A DNA stretch of 64,000 nucleotides from Eledone cirrhosa (GCA_964016885.1 OZ024759.1:30690001-30754000), one strand, 5' to 3'. Positions 1 to 14,132 are shown, counted from the first letter of the stretch. Notes: generated from the sequence alone by a model not told the origin. Program-made: numbers and translations.

Positions 1-90
1 ATCGTTTTTCCTATTTCCCACTCTACTACCCTAAGTATTTAGTACTCTGGTGCGTTATGGTCCATCTGGTTCCTTACCACAATTCCTTCG

Positions 91-125
<35 letters not shown>

Positions 126-212
126 CATACATATATATATATATATATATATATCTCATATATGATCATACATATATATAAATATTATATATAATCGTAC
201 TTATATCATAAA

Positions 213-290
<78 letters not shown>

Positions 291-293
<3 letters not shown>

Positions 294-766
294 ATAATAA
301 TAAATTTGAAGACTAAAATCTAAAGAGGGCTCGATAAGGATAAATATATATCAAATATATAAGAACCGTAGAGCAAATACTTATTAAAATAACAGATCAA
401 AGTTTAAGCAAAGAATCGCTGCTTTCACCCTTAACGGGATCTTCTGAAGCTAACAAAGTTAATCTGTAAATCCGAATCACCTAAGAGAACATTAGTATAC
501 GACTTCTATTATACCATAAACGTGGTCCTCTCTTTGCGTGGAATTGTTTTTCACCGCTCTTATTAATGACGTATTATATTCGTTTTTTCCCGTTCTTTGC
601 CAGGAAACGTTTCCACGAACCAAAGTATCGTCTTACTGTCTTCCTCCGGTTGCAACGTTTTTTAAATATCCACTTCTGCATTTACAGATTGACTTTGTTA
701 GTTTCAGAAGATCCCGTTAAGGGTGAAAGCAGCGATTCTTTGCTTAAACTTTAATCTGTTGTTTTA

Positions 767-770
<4 letters not shown>
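291..770. mobile_element. Fold-back hammerhead mini-element, family A, in (TA)n
   Basis: Inverted arms ~380-470 and ~680-770, (TA)n on both sides. Related copies at 38194-38360, 54185-54390 and 60527-60550. Confidence 0.7.
685..758 (+). ncRNA. Type I hammerhead ribozyme, U4A core variant (family A)
   Basis: cagattga[ctttgtt]agttt-CAGAAGA-tccc/gttaa/gggt-GAAA-gca..tgc-TT-aaact-ttaatctg. An inverted copy lies at 393-466 (-) and another copy at ~38275-38345 (+). Confidence 0.6.
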
Positions 771-852
<82 letters not shown>

Positions 853-1440
853 TACATATATAATTTTTCTGTCTAACTAATTAATAAAAAAAAATTCAAA
901 TCAAAGAAAAAAAAATCTGTAATTTTCTAATTGAAATGCTAACAGACAAAATTAGAGTTCCTGTGAAATTATAGAATCCATATCGCGTTGAAATTGTTTG
1001 ATTTAATTACCACCGAACTAGAATACATCCACATAATTATCGAACGAAGAAACTATTTTAAAAAGAAAAACGTAAAGAAAAAAAAAAAAGGAATTTCTAG
1101 AGAGGAAGTGGAAAAGATTAATAACCACGTAAATACAAAAGTGATATTGAATTTTAATAAATTGAATTCGAGTAATATTCCATTTTCCTTATTGTTTTAC
1201 AAAGACATTAGAGTGCGGTCATGCTGAAGCACTGACTTGTAGGGTTATAGTGGATTGTATAAAGACCTATAGTTGGATTTTGCTAGCCTGATCTGATAAC
1301 TGCCTCCTAAGCGAATCCACTTCGTCCAGCTGTCAATTTATGGAACACAAAGAAAAAATACACAGATGTAAACTCTTTCTCTCTCTCTCACACACATATG
1401 CACACAAACACACACACACACATACACACACACATATATA

Positions 1441-1638
1441 TAACAAAGAAAGTGTGGTAAGATAACAGGTGGACCATAACGCACCAGAGTACTCGATACT
1501 TGGGGTAATAGGAAAATAATCACGACACCGACGGCTGAGCTTCGGCCGTTTCGACAGCTACATTCAAACAGTTCGGATCTACCTGTCGAAACGGCCGGAG
1601 CTCAGCCGTCGGGATCCTGACTCTGTTACTCTTTTCCT
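1441..1638. mobile_element. Fold-back mini-element, family F (hammerhead 3' half only)
   Basis: Inverted ccgacggctgagct.cggccgtttcgacag arms, each reading GAAA-cggc/../gccg-TC. Related copies or pieces at 1-93, 6395-6770, 14650-14760, 15750-15885, 16350-16455, 34572-34715 and 50955-51013, all next to (TA)n. Confidence 0.65.
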
Positions 1639-2168
1639 ATATATATATATATATATATAATCGTATAGTTATCTTCTACACGATTTCGATGCTAACATTG
1701 GTTTCCAAGACGATACATAAAATCATATGTATATATCATATTTAGCCTGGTCAAACATTGAAGGGTTTGATATGATCAAGTTTCCACTTTCCACACATTT
1801 CTGGTCCTTTGACTCATGTAGAAACCATTATATTCCTTAATATTAAAGATATCTTCGGTTCCTGTCGAAAAAGAGAAAAAAAAATACCAGTCAAACATTG
1901 GGTGTTTAAAGTTATCGCCATTCCATATTCCATAAATTGCTGGCCTTATGTTTCAAGTAGAAAATGTTATTATCCTTAATATTAATGTTCCCATGTCACT
2001 AGACATTTCATAATTTAATATTTTTTGACAGCAATTTGCGAAAGGTCTTAGAAGGAAATCATTTTTTTGCAGAATACAGAATTACAATTTTTTTTTTTTT
2101 TTTTTTTTTTTTTGTCATTACAACGCAGATATTTGAGAATTAATTTGAATGATTTTTCTTTCTCGATT

Positions 2169-2260
<92 letters not shown>

Positions 2261-2702
2261 TATTCATTTATTTATTTATTTACTTATTTATTTCTGTATT
2301 TATTTATTATTTAAGCATTTTTAGAACAATAGCTTTATTATTCCAATGATCGTATGACAAGACGAATGCTTTTTTAAAAAACTTTCTACCAGCATATTTC
2401 AGTGATTTTTGTTAGCGAATTTTATGTATAAAACATTTATATGTTTATTTGGGGGGATTTTCGTGTTCTCTTTTCTAGTATATTATGAAGTATACAATGC
2501 TGCGCGCTTTTGGTTTCGCCTGTTTCGTTTCGTTATAATCATATATTGAATCTACATGTCTGCGGCCTGGTCACAATTTATTGAAAACTCCGGCAGACTC
2601 CTGCAGCTGTCATTTTTAATAATTGCTCCTGGCTTGTGGAGTTAGAACTTTTCATGTAACTTAAATGCAAATTTCCCGTATAAACACGAACACACACACA
2701 TA

Positions 2703-2751
<49 letters not shown>

Positions 2752-2754
<3 letters not shown>

Positions 2755-3196
2755 AAAGTTTTATTTAAAATTGTTGGGTTACAACAAGTAAATATTTTAT
2801 AACTGATATAAAGCACTCAACAAGTTTTGGAGTAGATATACGATAGTAAACAAATGGAAACTATATTTATAAAACCATATTTATTTCATTATACATATTT
2901 CGGGGATACCATATTAAAAATATGGCATGCCTTCTTCAGATAAAATACAATATATAAACAGTTTTATAAATAATTTTGACGTACCATAAATATTTATCAA
3001 ATATTGATCACTACCAAACCAACTTCTTACATAAAAGTTGATCAATATTTATGGTACGTCAAAATTATTTATAAAACTGTTTATATATTGTATTTTATCT
3101 GAAGAAGGCATGCCATATTTTTAATATGGTATCCCCGAAATATGTATAATGAAATAAATATGGTTTTATAAATATAGTTTCCATTTGTTTAATATC

Positions 3197-3197
<1 letters not shown>
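2752..3197. mobile_element. Fold-back hammerhead mini-element, family B, in (TA)n
   Basis: ~150-bp inverted arms (2848-3008 and 3039-3197), a tail at 2752-2835, and (TA)n flanks. Confidence 0.75.
3091..3156 (+). ncRNA. Minimal type I hammerhead ribozyme (family B)
   Basis: tattttat-CTGAAGA-aggcatgccatatt/ttt/aatatggtatcccc-GAAA-tatgta-TA-atgaaata. Mirror copy at 2882-2947 (-). Confidence 0.72.
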
Positions 3198-3244
<47 letters not shown>

Positions 3245-3532
3245 TTGTATATATATATATATGTATATGCAAACACATACATATATAATATATATATATT
3301 GACATATTTATATATACTATATCTTCATATATATCTATCTATCTCTCTCTATATATATATATGTATATATAAATATATATATATATATACATATATTATA
3401 TACGTATACATCGTATATATATACCTGCATGCATATAAAATGTACATGTATTACTTCGATAACTTTGATAGGTTTTGGGCAGAATTAGACCAGGTCATAT
3501 CTAAACGTATGTATATATATATACATATATAC

Positions 3533-3651
<119 letters not shown>

Positions 3652-3802
3652 AGAAGAATTTGAAAATATAATTGATGTCTCGAAGAAGATTTATTGATAA
3701 TAAGTTTACCGGCTTCACGTTTCAGTGATTATCCCATATGGGATATAAAATAAATATATTTTCTGTTATATATTACCAGGTGGTGCTATTAAGTGAGACA
3801 TG

Positions 3803-3986
3803 GTGGTGGATTGGCAGTATCGGTAGAGGGTCGGACGCCATGCTTTCCAGCATAGTTACGTCCCTTTATGATCTGAGTTCAAATCCCGCCGAGGTTGACT
3901 TTGCCTTTCATCCTTACGGGGTCGATAAAATAAAGTACCAGTAATGCACTGGGTAATTTGCTGGCCTTGTGCCTAAAGTAGAAACA
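3803..3986 (+). mobile_element. tRNA-derived CORE-type SINE with 15-bp TSD
   Basis: B-box gagttcaaatccc and central gactttgcctttcatcc..ggggtcgataaaataaagtaccag. TSD attaagtgagacatg at 3788-3802 and 3987-4001. Confidence 0.85.
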
Positions 3987-4153
3987 ATTAAGTGAGACAT
4001 GACCTGGGCCGACACAGGCCGAAACCTATTAAGGTTCTCTCTCTATATATATATACATATATATAATATATATATATATATATAATATATATATATATAT
4101 ATAATATAGTGACGAAACATAAGTCAATTGCATGAACTCATAATCCTTTATTT

Positions 4154-4209
4154 ATTGCTATATATATTTCAATGATAGCCATTCAATGACTATGACCTCA
4201 TCAGGCAGT
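4154..4209 (-). ncRNA. Minimal type I hammerhead ribozyme (family E)
   Basis: Minus strand: actgc-CTGATGA-ggtcatagtcatt/g/aatggctatcatt-GAAA-tatata-TA-gcaat. A related 3' half at 6166-6213 (+) ends in gcagt, which pairs perfectly with actgc. Confidence 0.62.
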
Positions 4210-4270
4210 TAGTCAGTTCTTAGATATGCCAGCTCTGTGTTTTTAGTGTTGAGGGTTTTAGAGCCTTGGG

Positions 4271-4337
<67 letters not shown>

Positions 4338-4779
4338 TTATATATATACATACCCTTGCAAGCAGGAGAAGCGGAGATAAAATGATGATGATGATGCATA
4401 TGACTATATATATATACAGATACATGAATACACATATATATATATATTTACATGAATACATATATGTAAAATAAGATTTTCTACTCGAAATTCTTTTATA
4501 ATCCTCATGCGCCAAATTGATTTAATACAGTACCGGATATGATTGACAGTTCCTTTCTAAAAGGAACTGGTTTCTTCGACAGAGATTTTTAAAGATGTTA
4601 ATTTGAGATAAGAAAACACACTTAGACTTTCTTTTATTTCCCTTGTATTTGGTGCGCCTGAAGAAAAATACAGCGGTGCCCTGAGACTAGTGTTATCTTG
4701 TTTTATTTTACAATCATTATAGCTTATTTGTGGCAATGTCAGTGGCATAAGATTAATATAGGAACTAGTTGAGCGTGTA

Positions 4780-5230
4780 TGGGGCAGCGTGGTCTAGGGG
4801 TAAGTGATCATACAATCGTAATATCGTGCGTTTGATTCCTGGGGTAGGTTGTGTGTTGTATGATGTGTTATTCAGCAAACCAGTTTATTTCATGTCATTC
4901 TTGTATACTCAACTGAAAATGAGTACCATCATTAGCTGCTGATTTATACCTACGATGGATTGATCTCCTATCGAAGGGGGAGTCTTGTACCTTCAGTTGC
5001 TTAACGCCACGGAACCTGGAATAAGAACCGGCCTGATGAGCTTGTAGGCTTGAAAAAGACTTTAGACGTTTGCATTTAAGTGAACTAGAGATAACAGACT
5101 TTAACCTTGTGATGGACTGGCGTCCAGACCAGGGGGAAGTTTTGTACTGTCAGTCGGTTCATGTTAGTGAAACTAGGATAGGTACCAGACTGATGAGCCT
5201 CCAGGCTCGTGACAGACTTTAGATTAGATG
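4780..5230 (+). mobile_element. Old tRNA-derived SINE with a duplicated Meta/V-like central-3' domain
   Basis: tRNA-like head at 4780-4840, then gatggactggcgtcc..ccagggg and gccacggaacc.gga.taag..ccggcctgatgagc, present twice. Related pieces lie at 33840-34110 and 53185-53270. Confidence 0.5.
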
Positions 5231-5372
5231 TAAGCTTTTCGTTTAGTTTGTAGTCTACCATAATGTTCGTAGTCTATGCAGGTAAAGGATTTTACACGTT
5301 CTTTTTTTTTTGTGCCATAATTAATTTTTTTGTATTTTTATATGTTTGTTGTATTTTTTTTTCTTTTAATAG

Positions 5373-5486
5373 GTGCCTGGTAATTTCCACGTGTCTACAC
5401 ATTCGGCAAATACCCCTCCTACTGCTGCTGACATGGCGCATATACTACACGAAGTACGCTTTGGAAACACCCAAAAACATAACTAT
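5373..5486 (+). CDS. ERGIC1: ERGIC1 internal coding exon (VPGNFHVSTHSANTPPTAADMAHILHEVRFGNTQKHNY)
   Basis: Polypyrimidine tract + AG at 5371-5372, donor GTGAGT at 5487, 114 nt, phase 0/0. The translation carries the ERGIC1/Erv41-46 motif VPGNFHVSTHS...DM.H..H...FG. Confidence 0.93.
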
Positions 5487-5690
5487 GTGAGTAATATATA
5501 TTTATAAGAATAATATACATAAACAGATACATATACCCGCCCCCCCCCCACACACACATATAAGAATAATATACATATGAATATATATATATACATACAT
5601 ATGCATATATATGTGTGTGTGTGTGCGTGTTTCTATGCATAATGCATTTCTGTATTAACGTATGCGTAGGTACATGTGTTCGTATATAGG

Positions 5691-5808
<118 letters not shown>

Positions 5809-6123
5809 TGTAGGCATACCTAAGTATGCTTTCATACAGAAATGCCTAATATATATGGATGGCATAAAACATGTAGAAATAAACATACATTAAAAATATA
5901 AATATATATATATAAATTATTATAGATATCAAAATAGGTGTCTATTTTCACACGCCTACCTAAGTACTTTTAGAAATATAATGAGATAAGGAAATGATAC
6001 GAATATAAAAAAAATGACAGACTCACAGACACATATTCATAAACATAAGTTATACTAATAAAGATATAACATGTACTTATATACACATATATCCCAATAT
6101 GTACATACATATATATATATATA

Positions 6124-6157
<34 letters not shown>

Positions 6158-6271
6158 TATAGATTTTGAGGTCACAGCCAAAGATGGCTGTCACTGAAAT
6201 ATATATAGCAGTAATAAACGAAGCTAAATTTTAATCATTTGACTTTTATTTAACTTTATTTTATATATGCA

Positions 6272-6351
<80 letters not shown>

Positions 6352-6355
6352 TATA

Positions 6356-6396
<41 letters not shown>

Positions 6397-7082
6397 CAAA
6401 GAAAGTTTGGTAAAATACCAGGTGGACCATAATCCACCAGTATACTCGATACTTAGGGTTGTAGAGTGCGTAATAGGAAAAGTCAGGACCCCGACGGCTG
6501 ATCTTCGGCCGTTTCGGATCTCAGCCGTCGGGGTCCTGACTCTTTTCCTATATATATATATATATATATATAATCAGAATGGTGGTGGTAAAAGCCGGTT
6601 AGACCATTACTCAACAGAGTAGACGATACTTGGGTTAGTAAAGTGAGTAACATGAAAAATTTGGGATCCCGAGGGATGAGCTCCGGCCGTTTCAATAGTT
6701 AGATCCTAACTGTTCGGATCTAACTGTTGAAACGGCCAGAGCTCAGCCGTCGGCATCCCAAATGTTTCATATATATATATAGGAAGGTTGGCTGAAAATT
6801 CACAGGCTGGCCACGATACTTTCAAGATGAGAAAATACATGAGAAATTTTTGAACTTTTACTTCTGTGTTTGAGCATATAAGAAAGTAATTAAGTATCCC
6901 GCAAGCTCAGAAACAGTCATTTTCCATTATGACAATGAAGAAAAGACATCAAAATATATATATATAAGTTAAAAGCAGAAAATGTATTAGCAGAAAATTC
7001 ATAGTTTCTTCATTACATATAACACTGAATGAACATCAACAAATAGATGAATAGTATTCTTTTTTTGTATATGAGATTAGCT

Positions 7083-7157
<75 letters not shown>

Positions 7158-8873
7158 TATTTGTAGCTGTCGGCATCCCAAATGTTTCATATATATATAG
7201 GAAGGTTGGCTGAAAATTCACAGGCTGGCCACGATACTTTCATGGAATGACCAAATAAGTTTTATTTTTCAACATAGTCCCTGGAAAGCAACAAAGCTTT
7301 GGGTGTGTGTGTGTGTGTGTGTCTGTTAGGTGTATGTGTTGGTGGGGGGGGGGGGTATTAATGTTATATCTGAAGACATTGTATTGCAAAGAAGAGCAGT
7401 AAAATCCGTGAACAACTCCAGCCAATATTTAAGCAAATAACTGCGAAAATTTATGTAATGGACGCATTGCTAGATTAAGAAAATATTTACCTTTCATTAA
7501 TGAAACAGAACTGCAGCAGCAGTTGGCAGTAATATTTAGATTTATAACCTCCTCCCTGCATCTGCTATCCTTCCTACTCATTGCTATATTCAGCCTCAGC
7601 CGAAATGTCAACAAGTACTTTTGGAAAGTTTTCTTGTTAAGTGCCAAAATCTGTAGTCACTACAGATATTCGTTTTGTGAAGTACCATGGCTATTTGTGT
7701 TAGCTTAACAAGATTAACAAGATGATAATTGTTTTCAATTGCTAACATACGCAATGGCTGCGTGTTGTTGTCGTGTCATTGTGCGGCCCTGTCTTGTCAG
7801 TGGTAGTTGTAATTTCCTGATATATATATATATCAACCACCTCAGCCATCTTCCAAATACATAGAAACTAAGCAACTAATCGACAAACCAACCAAACCTA
7901 CCAACTAACCAGCCAACCCAGTAAACAAACCAACCATCCAAATTTCCAATCATCTATTCTAATCTAACCACCCTATCCGCCATCTTTTTCTCTTTCTTGG
8001 ATCCTTTGTTCTAGAAACAATGTTCTTAAACTTATTAGAATCTGGAGGAAAGAGATACTGATATGGACATGATATGGAATGAAAATCCGTCTGATGCGAG
8101 GAGGAATTTTCCAGTTGTTCGATCATTGGAACAACCTGCTTATAGCTGATTGGAACGAAAAAGTGTTATGGCAATCAAAAGCTCGCTCTACGTGTAATAA
8201 ATCGTCCTTTAAACTATTTTAAATCATATCTGTATCGAGATAGATTTATGGATCAATATGATTTCGTCGGATACTTAACACATTGGCTCTGACAAGGCTT
8301 CAACTTATGACCGCGTGGTCAGTCACATATATATTTTAATCACATCATCATTGTGCATCTGAGAACGTTGCTCTGTCGATAATTAGATTGTCCAATTTCG
8401 TTAAATATCTTTGATGTATTGTTCAGGGAATTTGACAATCTAAGCAACATTATTGTTAAATTACTTCACGACGAATCGTTTATCTATAATCATCATGCCT
8501 ACATTTAATGTAGTTTCTCTCATAAAGTTGTGCCATATCATTTTATTTCTAGTTTCATACCTGCCAAGGTCTTTTCTATTATAATTATGCTAACCTCCGC
8601 TTTTCGCACGACATTTCTGTTGGCCAGGTCTTCAGTTTTAAATACTCTGTGGCAGAGCAGTTTCTCTGCGCACCCATTAGCCATTCCATCCGTGTCAAGT
8701 GTCTTCAGCAAGCAGGTCATATCATAGGAAGCTAAAAACCTGCTATAAAAGCTTTACTGTGGGAGGCCACCAATATATACGCACACATACATACGTTCAT
8801 CTGTATATATATGTGTGTATATGTGGTCTTTAAATATATATATACTATGTATATATATATTTATATATGTGTC

Positions 8874-8972
<99 letters not shown>

Positions 8973-9074
8973 ATAAATATATATATGTATATATATATAT
9001 ATATGCCTGCGTGTGTGTCTATACATATATATATATATATATATTATAAATATATATATGTATATATATATATG

Positions 9075-9148
<74 letters not shown>

Positions 9149-9181
9149 AACATATATATATGTATATATATATATATATAT

Positions 9182-9420
9182 TGTTGCGATCCGTATAAGG
9201 AATAAGGAGTCTTCAGTTTGCAGGTTATGTCATAAGAATCAATGAACCTGCTACAAGACTTTTTTCAAGGGGGGACCACTAATGTGAAAAGCAAATACGA
9301 AAGACCTCTTGAATGAATACGAGAGAGTCATTAAGGATGAAACAGAAATGTTCAGTGAAAAACTGAAGCAGTTTAATGTTGGATCGTTTGAGATGGAAAG
9401 GTTTTATCATATCACCAGAA
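9182..9420 (+). mobile_element. Decayed RTE-like LINE 3' fragment
   Basis: [24 protein letters not shown]...VIKDETEM..EKLK...LDRLRW. A similar fragment lies at ~8620-8775 ([27 protein letters not shown]). Confidence 0.5.
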
Positions 9421-9668
9421 GGAAGTGGATCAACTTAGTTTGAACATTCATATATATATATACGCATACGATAAACAACAGAGGCCACGTTTTATCCCTC
9501 TCCGACTAAAAGGTTTTCCCCTCGGAAAACCCCCAGTTGATGGATGCGAAATCCGAAATATAGGGATAATTAAATTACTTCCAAGGTAACTCTATCTCGT
9601 GTTATTTATTTTAGACTTTTTCCTACATTCCTCTACACCCTCTACGTCTCATTCTACATTTCCTCTTA

Positions 9669-9753
<85 letters not shown>

Positions 9754-9816
9754 ACTACTTGATTCTGTTACCCGGATATTTACCCATCTGCATTGGTGAA
9801 GCTTCCAAAACGCCCA

Positions 9817-9872
<56 letters not shown>

Positions 9873-10356
9873 GAGTGGGGTATGTTTGGGAACAAGATAA
9901 TAAATTAAGGTATCTCAGGTGAAGGAAGCCTCACTTTGATGTATGCCACTGAAATTGATAGTTATACATATTTTTTTTTTAATTTCGATGTATGGAAGAT
10001 AAAAGCAGCTTTTGTTTTTGGACGCCCACAAACTTCTCAAGCCTTACCATTGATGCACCAACAAGGACTAGCGGGAGAAGTAATTTAACTGTGTGTCAAA
10101 TTGGATCTGTTTTCCACTTTATCATGTCCAACAGGCTTATTTCAAATTGTTGACCGTGAAAAACTGAAATAACGGGTTTCGGGTTTCTTCAGTGAACAAA
10201 GAAATTGAATGAATGCATTGAGCCTGAAAACACAACTGAGTATATATATATGTGTGTGTGTGTGTCTGTGTGTGTATGTATATGTGTGTGTATGTATATG
10301 TGTATATATGTATATATATATATATATACGTATATGTATATATATATGTATATATA

Positions 10357-10404
<48 letters not shown>

Positions 10405-10770
10405 GATGTATATGTATATATATATATATAGAGATATGTGTATATATATATATATGTATATATATATGTATATGTATATATATATGTAAATATATATGTA
10501 TATGTATATGTATATGTATATATATATATATACATGTACGTATATATGTATATATATATATATATATATATACGTATATATACACATATATGTATGTATA
10601 TATATATATATATTTGTTGTATGTATATATGTGTATAAAGTGGTAATCTTCCACACAAGCACTCTTTGTTTCATTACAAACTTATTTCCACTGCGAATCT
10701 GATGTAGGGAGCCCACTACCCACATATAAATACGATATACATACACACATATATATATATATATACAACT

Positions 10771-10862
<92 letters not shown>

Positions 10863-11508
10863 CAACACATGCACACACAGAAACAAATCATACATACCCA
10901 CATGTAAATACAACAGATACACACACACACACACACACGCACGCACACACGCACATACACACACACGTACGCCCAAACATACCCACGCACACATATATAA
11001 ATACAACATACACACACCCGCATACACAAACACACACACACACAAACAAACACAGAAACACACACACAAACACACACATACATACAAACAAACACACCCA
11101 TATACAGACACAAAAGAGAAAAAAAAATATATCTTCGAAGCAAATCTTATGAGTGACAAAAACTTTCTATAGCTAACACATCCAGTCTATATCTTTGCAA
11201 TATCTCAGGTGTATATTACCGCTAGAAATAATAGGAGAACCCCCCCCCAAAAAAAAAAATGAAATGAAATATTTCCCAAAATATATTTTTGAACATTAAA
11301 ATAATTACAAAGATAGGCAAAGGAAAGAAAACTATTGAAGAATTGAAGACAATCCTCTTGAAAAGATAGACAACTAACTTCTATATATGGACGGCAATAA
11401 AACCTTGGTTCCTTTCTTAAAAAAAAAAAAATATATATATGAAATATATGAGTTGTAGTATTAAGGATGTAAATCAGTGTCACTTCGCTAGCAATAATAT
11501 ATATATGT

Positions 11509-11588
<80 letters not shown>

Positions 11589-11636
11589 TATATATATGTA
11601 TATATATATATATACACAAATATACATATATATATG

Positions 11637-11671
<35 letters not shown>

Positions 11672-11762
11672 ATGTATACATAAAATATTTGTGACGTACC
11701 CATATATATATATATACACACACATTCATATATGTATTATGTTTCACATATATAAATGTATG

Positions 11763-11808
<46 letters not shown>

Positions 11809-11869
11809 AACACATACTTGCACACACGTACACACACGCGCACACACTCAAACACACACACACACACGC

Positions 11870-11910
<41 letters not shown>

Positions 11911-13941
11911 TTACTAGCTCTGTGCATATTTATGGTGGTACCAAATTGTTTTTATTATCATCACAACATTATGGTCCACTGAGTATTGTATTCAAGTAAT
12001 ATCATGGACAATACATTTCACAGTGCTATAGAGATAATGGTTATTGAGTATAGATCTCGTGGGAAATTTAATAACATTACTTTCAATATGTTCTAATATG
12101 GCTTTTTTTTGTTCATCACTTATATTATAATTTATGTGGGAATTTCAGTTACTCTACAGTTTTCTGTTTATGCCAGTCTTACATTGAAAGCCAGCCATCA
12201 ATTGCTCAACTGTTTTCTAGTGTGTTTATCATTAAATAGTTGCATGGCTTTGTTGTTAGACCATCGGGCTTACAGTAGGGACGTTGTGAGTTCGATTATC
12301 GGACGGGTGGAGTTTGTGTTCTTGAGCAAGCCACTTTAATTCATATTGTTCCAGATTAATCAAATGTAGAAATGAGTAGTGATGTCACTGGTGCCAAGCT
12401 GTATTAACCATTGCCTTTCCCTTGGACATCATATATAATATATATGTAGCCTGTATATAGTGTATATAGTGTACATATATTCAGAATATAGTGTGTGTAT
12501 AATGCATATATATTGTATATATGAGTTGTAATGTCTCTGGGACCAAGCTGTATCGGTTATTGACTTTCCATTGGGCAACATCATATATAGTGTATGTACA
12601 CTGTGCATAGTGTATATTTATAAATAGAGAGTATAGTGTGTATATCATGTATATATAGTGTATATAGGAGATGCGATGTCTCTGGTGCCAAGCTGTATCA
12701 GTTATTGTCTTTCTCTTGGACGACATTATATATAGTGTATATATAGAGTGTACATAGGGTACATATATTCAGAATATAGTGTATATAGTGTATATACAGT
12801 GTATATGGGAGTTGCAATGTCTCTGGTGGTAAGCTGTATTGGCCTTTGCCTTTCCATTGGACAACAATGATAGCATGTAGAGGGGAGACAGGAATGCATG
12901 GGCGACTGCTGGTTTTCAATAAAAAATCTTTCCCGGTTTGTGCCTTGGAGGGAACTTTCTAGGTATTTACTCTATCAATAAACGGTGAATTCGTCCTAAT
13001 TAGAGTATTGATATAAATGCCGTCGTGGCATTTTGTTTCCGGTTTACGGCATACCCACTGCAAATACCAACGAGGCACATATTTGTTCTTCGTATTTTCC
13101 TTCTCGCTGGTGATGGTATGGTGCCTTGACAGAGGTCTTAAAGAATGTGGATGAAAGCTTTGCGAACATCCTATCCGTTCTGAATTTAAATACCAACGAG
13201 GAAAAGAATTGCCATTCGTATATTCATACTCGATAAATATATGACAAGTGTCTGAGCAGTTGATCTACAGCTCTTGTTTTTTGTTGTGTTTCTTTTTTTT
13301 TTTTGTACTTCTTGGGTTCCACTAACCCTCCTTACCAGAACAGGGTCTGGTGGGAAAGCTATTGAACCCATAGTTGGGATGGTTGGCTACTGATCCTGAG
13401 GAGTTAATCCGCCCTTTTAACATCTCTTATCCCTATGCTCTTTTAAGCCAGTCAAATATTAAAGTATATTTCTAACAGAGTCATTTATAATTTACAATTA
13501 CAATCCCTGAATTTTCTTGTCAGTAAAATTGATAAAACTAATAAACGTATTGCCAATCTGAATTAAAGAAAAACAAATATTCTGAGAAGTGTTTTAGTGA
13601 TAAATTTAAGGATTTTCTAATATCGGCCATGTTGTCATGAGAATAAATCTGTTTAATTTGTATTGAGTTACATTTCTATATTTTTCTAGAAAAGTACATA
13701 TTATCACACCTCTCTCTTTGTGTTATGGGAAGAAAGAGAGGGGAATATAGACTCCTTATTCAGAACTATTCACACACACACACATGAGTAAACACACACA
13801 CGTATGAGTAAACACACACGCATATAAATAAACATACACACATATAAGTAAACACACACACACACAAATATATACGAGTCTTTATATAGAAATATGTTTT
13901 ATTTAATGAAGTGTTTGCTTGAAACCATATGCAATTATGTG

Positions 13942-14025
<84 letters not shown>

Positions 14026-14095
14026 TGTGTCTGTGTGTATATATATATATACACGTAAAGGCATATATATATACATATACATAGAGTTAACTGTG

Positions 14096-14132
<37 letters not shown>

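Noticed and set aside
2752-3197. Interpreting the fold-back elements as Tc1/mariner MITEs with TA target duplications
   Set aside because: The inverted arms are asymmetric (a tail on one side only), the inner junction varies between copies of the same family, and the arms carry directional RNA motifs. This fits a retroelement better, though it is not formally excluded.
4557-4748. Minus-strand ORF with REIKESL resembling a GIY-YIG C-terminus
   Set aside because: The match is only a few residues and there is no upstream GIY-YIG or RT motif, so it cannot be supported.
5025-5215. CTGATGA motifs at ~5032 and ~5190 as hammerheads
   Set aside because: They belong to the SINE central/3' domain. No GAAA-stem III-UH-stem I closure could be built.
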